This document shows, piece by piece, positions 25,840 to 27,547 of a DNA stretch of 27,547 nt (position 1 is its first letter; each line of letters begins with the position of its first letter). The notes below the pieces were generated by a model. It was given only the letters and a program-made list of their open reading frames with translations, was not told where the DNA came from and made no database searches. The translations under genes and the position numbers were made by a program. This DNA comes from an uncultured cyanobacterium (GTDB lineage Bacteria > Cyanobacteriota > Cyanobacteriia > Cyanobacteriales > Microcystaceae): positions 1 to 27,547 of the forward strand of contig CAISPN010000046.1 of NCBI GenBank assembly GCA_903887375.1, given 5' to 3'.

Positions 25840-26535
25840 TTATACCGTGGTTAATTGGGGTTCGGGCCTTTTGCTATTGCGAACACCCTCAATAGCAGCA
25901 GCGTAATCTGGGGCATTGAACACGGCAGAACCAGCTACAATTGCATTAGCGCCAGCTTCTAGTACTTGCCAAGTATTGGCAGGTTTGAGTCCGCCATCAA
26001 CCTCAATCCAAGGATCTAGTCCTCTTTGATCACATATTTCACGCAATTGACGAATTTTACTAGTTACGGAAGGAATAAAGCTCTGTCCACCAAAACCGGG
26101 GTTGACACTCATGATCAAAACCAGATCACAGACATCTAAGACATATTCAATTAACTCTAAAGGACTAGATGGGTTGAGAACTACACCGGATTTTTTCCCA
26201 AGTTCGCGAATCTGACATAATGTGCGATGAAGATGGGGAGAGGCATTGTGCTCAGCATGAACAGAAATGATATCAGCCCCAGCTTTAGCAAAATCTGCCA
26301 CATACTTCTCAGGCTCAACTATCATTAAATGTACATCAAGTGGCTTGGTGGTATAAGGGCGGATGGCGCTGACAATCAGTGGGCCAATAGTAATATTAGG
26401 TACAAATCGACCATCCATTACATCTACATGAATCCAATCTGCTCCTGCTTTATCAACGGCTTTAATTTCCTCTCCCAATCGACTAAAATCAGCCGATAAA
26501 ATAGAGGGGGCGACAACAATGGGTTTATTAGTCAT
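25840..26535 (-). CDS. rpe: Ribulose-phosphate 3-epimerase
   Basis: The ORF is 231 aa with the motifs [46 protein letters not shown] and EVDGG. Confidence 0.95.
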   Translation of the reverse strand: MTNKPIVVAPSILSADFSRLGEEIKAVDKAGADWIHVDVMDGRFVPNITIGPLIVSAIRPYTTKPLDVHLMIVEPEKYVADFAKAGADIISVHAEHNASPHLHRTLCQIRELGKKSGVVLNPSSPLELIEYVLDVCDLVLIMSVNPGFGGQSFIPSVTSKIRQLREICDQRGLDPWIEVDGGLKPANTWQVLEAGANAIVAGSAVFNAPDYAAAIEGVRNSKRPEPQLTTV

Positions 26536-26602
26536 GGCTTTATTGTTTTCTTCTGTTTTTTTGTGACAATCTTAAGAGTCTTTTTACATTTTAACCAAGT
26601 TG

Positions 26603-27547
26603 ATGTCTATATTCTCGGGTGAAAATCTTTTATTTGAACCAGCGATCCCCGATGCCGATGCGCTGAATGTTGTATTTGCTTTTCCCAACGAATACAGTGT
26701 GGGAATTACCAGTTTAGGCTATCAGATTATCTGGTCAAGATTGGCTTTGCGCCCTGATATCAATGTCAGCCGTATGTTTACCGATGGTCATGAGAGATTA
26801 CCTCAGCAAATTGAACTAGTCGGTTTTTCTTTTTCTTGGGAATTGGACTATGTCAACATTCTCAACCTTCTAGAGTCTTTAAATGTACCACTATATAGCA
26901 GAGATCGCAATAAAAATCATCCTCTAATATTTGGCGGTGGTCCAGTATTGACAGCAAATCCTGAACCATTTGCTCTCTTTTTTGATGTCATCCTTTTGGG
27001 AGATGGAGAAATATTACTAGATCAGTTTCTCGATGCCTATCAACAGATGAGAAAGGCTAAACGCTCAGAGCAGTTGATTCACTTAGCAACTTTTGCTGGA
27101 ATTTATGTACCATCTCTTTATCAAGTTGACTATATCAGCAAAACAGATGCGATTGCTTCTATTGTTGCTATTGAATCAAAAGTACCTAGTCAAATAAAAA
27201 AACAAACCTACCAAGGAGAACATCTTTCTAGCTCTACCGTAGTTACCGAAAAAGCAGCCTGGGAAAATATTTTCATGGTCGAGGTAGTGCGAAGTTGTCC
27301 GGAGATGTGCCGCTTTTGTCTGGCTAGTTATCTGACATTACCTTTTAGAGCTCCTGGAGTTGATAGTTCTTTAATTCCAGCAATAGAAAGGGGGCTAAAG
27401 TTCACCAATCGGCTTGGCTTATTGGGAGCCTCAGTCACTCAACATCCCGAATTCGATACTCTTTTAGAATATTTGAATGGCTCTCAATATGATCACCTGC
27501 GGCTAAGCCTCTCTTCGGTACGTACAAATACATTAACTGAAAAATTG
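26603..27547 (+). CDS. B12-binding-domain radical SAM protein; 3' end lies beyond the window
   Basis: I translated 315 codons from the ATG at 26603 to the window end with no stop (MSIFSGENLLFEPAIPDADALNVVFAFPNEYSVGITSLGYQIIW...). The radical SAM cluster motif is VRSCPEMCRFCLASY (CxxxCxxC). The gene is absent from the ORF track because it has no stop. Confidence 0.85.
   Translation, partial: MSIFSGENLLFEPAIPDADALNVVFAFPNEYSVGITSLGYQIIWSRLALRPDINVSRMFTDGHERLPQQIELVGFSFSWELDYVNILNLLESLNVPLYSRDRNKNHPLIFGGGPVLTANPEPFALFFDVILLGDGEILLDQFLDAYQQMRKAKRSEQLIHLATFAGIYVPSLYQVDYISKTDAIASIVAIESKVPSQIKKQTYQGEHLSSSTVVTEKAAWENIFMVEVVRSCPEMCRFCLASYLTLPFRAPGVDSSLIPAIERGLKFTNRLGLLGASVTQHPEFDTLLEYLNGSQYDHLRLSLSSVRTNTLTEKL

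Noticed and set aside
1-27547. I searched by eye for CRISPR arrays, tRNA/rRNA genes, IS elements, integrases, HIP1 (GCGATCGC) clusters and known defence-system genes.
   Set aside because: I found no direct-repeat/spacer structure, no tRNA T-arm-like GGTTCGAATCC motifs, no transposase-like or recombinase-like ORFs, and no HIP1 copies. The window appears to be core chromosome rather than a mobile or defence island.

Overview
The window reads as an AT-rich cyanobacterial chromosome segment. Supporting markers are petG, ccdA, a DUF1400-type secreted hydrolase, a DICT-GAF histidine kinase, rpe, clpS and cyanobacterial-type dnaN. I support 24 coding regions, three of which are absent from the ORF track: petG, a 46-aa membrane ORF, and two edge-truncated genes counted as one addition each side. 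I saw no rRNA, tRNA, CRISPR array, transposase, integrase or recognisable defence genes, so most of this is ordinary core genome and interest scores are moderate. The most unusual part is a 12.4 kb minus-strand string of eight genes with almost no intergenic space and four ATGA stop/start overlaps: ComB-family phosphatase, 46-aa TM ORF, GT2-acetyltransferase fusion, dnaN, membrane fusion protein, RND, MFS_3, RND. In it the replication clamp gene dnaN is translationally coupled to an MFP-RND-MFS-RND efflux module. That module has two paralogous RND pumps, an embedded EntS-like MFS, and an adaptor whose alpha-hairpin is expanded by 42-nt tandem repeats. Other items worth a look: a double-glycine-leader (bacteriocin-like) peptide gene cut by the left edge; a GH116 beta-glucosidase ATGA-coupled to an ABC-2 transporter and followed by a membrane-anchored CE4 deacetylase; a MurT-like ligase with no adjacent GatD partner; and several convergent gene pairs with overlapping 3' ends. 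All functional calls come from motif and family recognition by eye, since no database search was possible.
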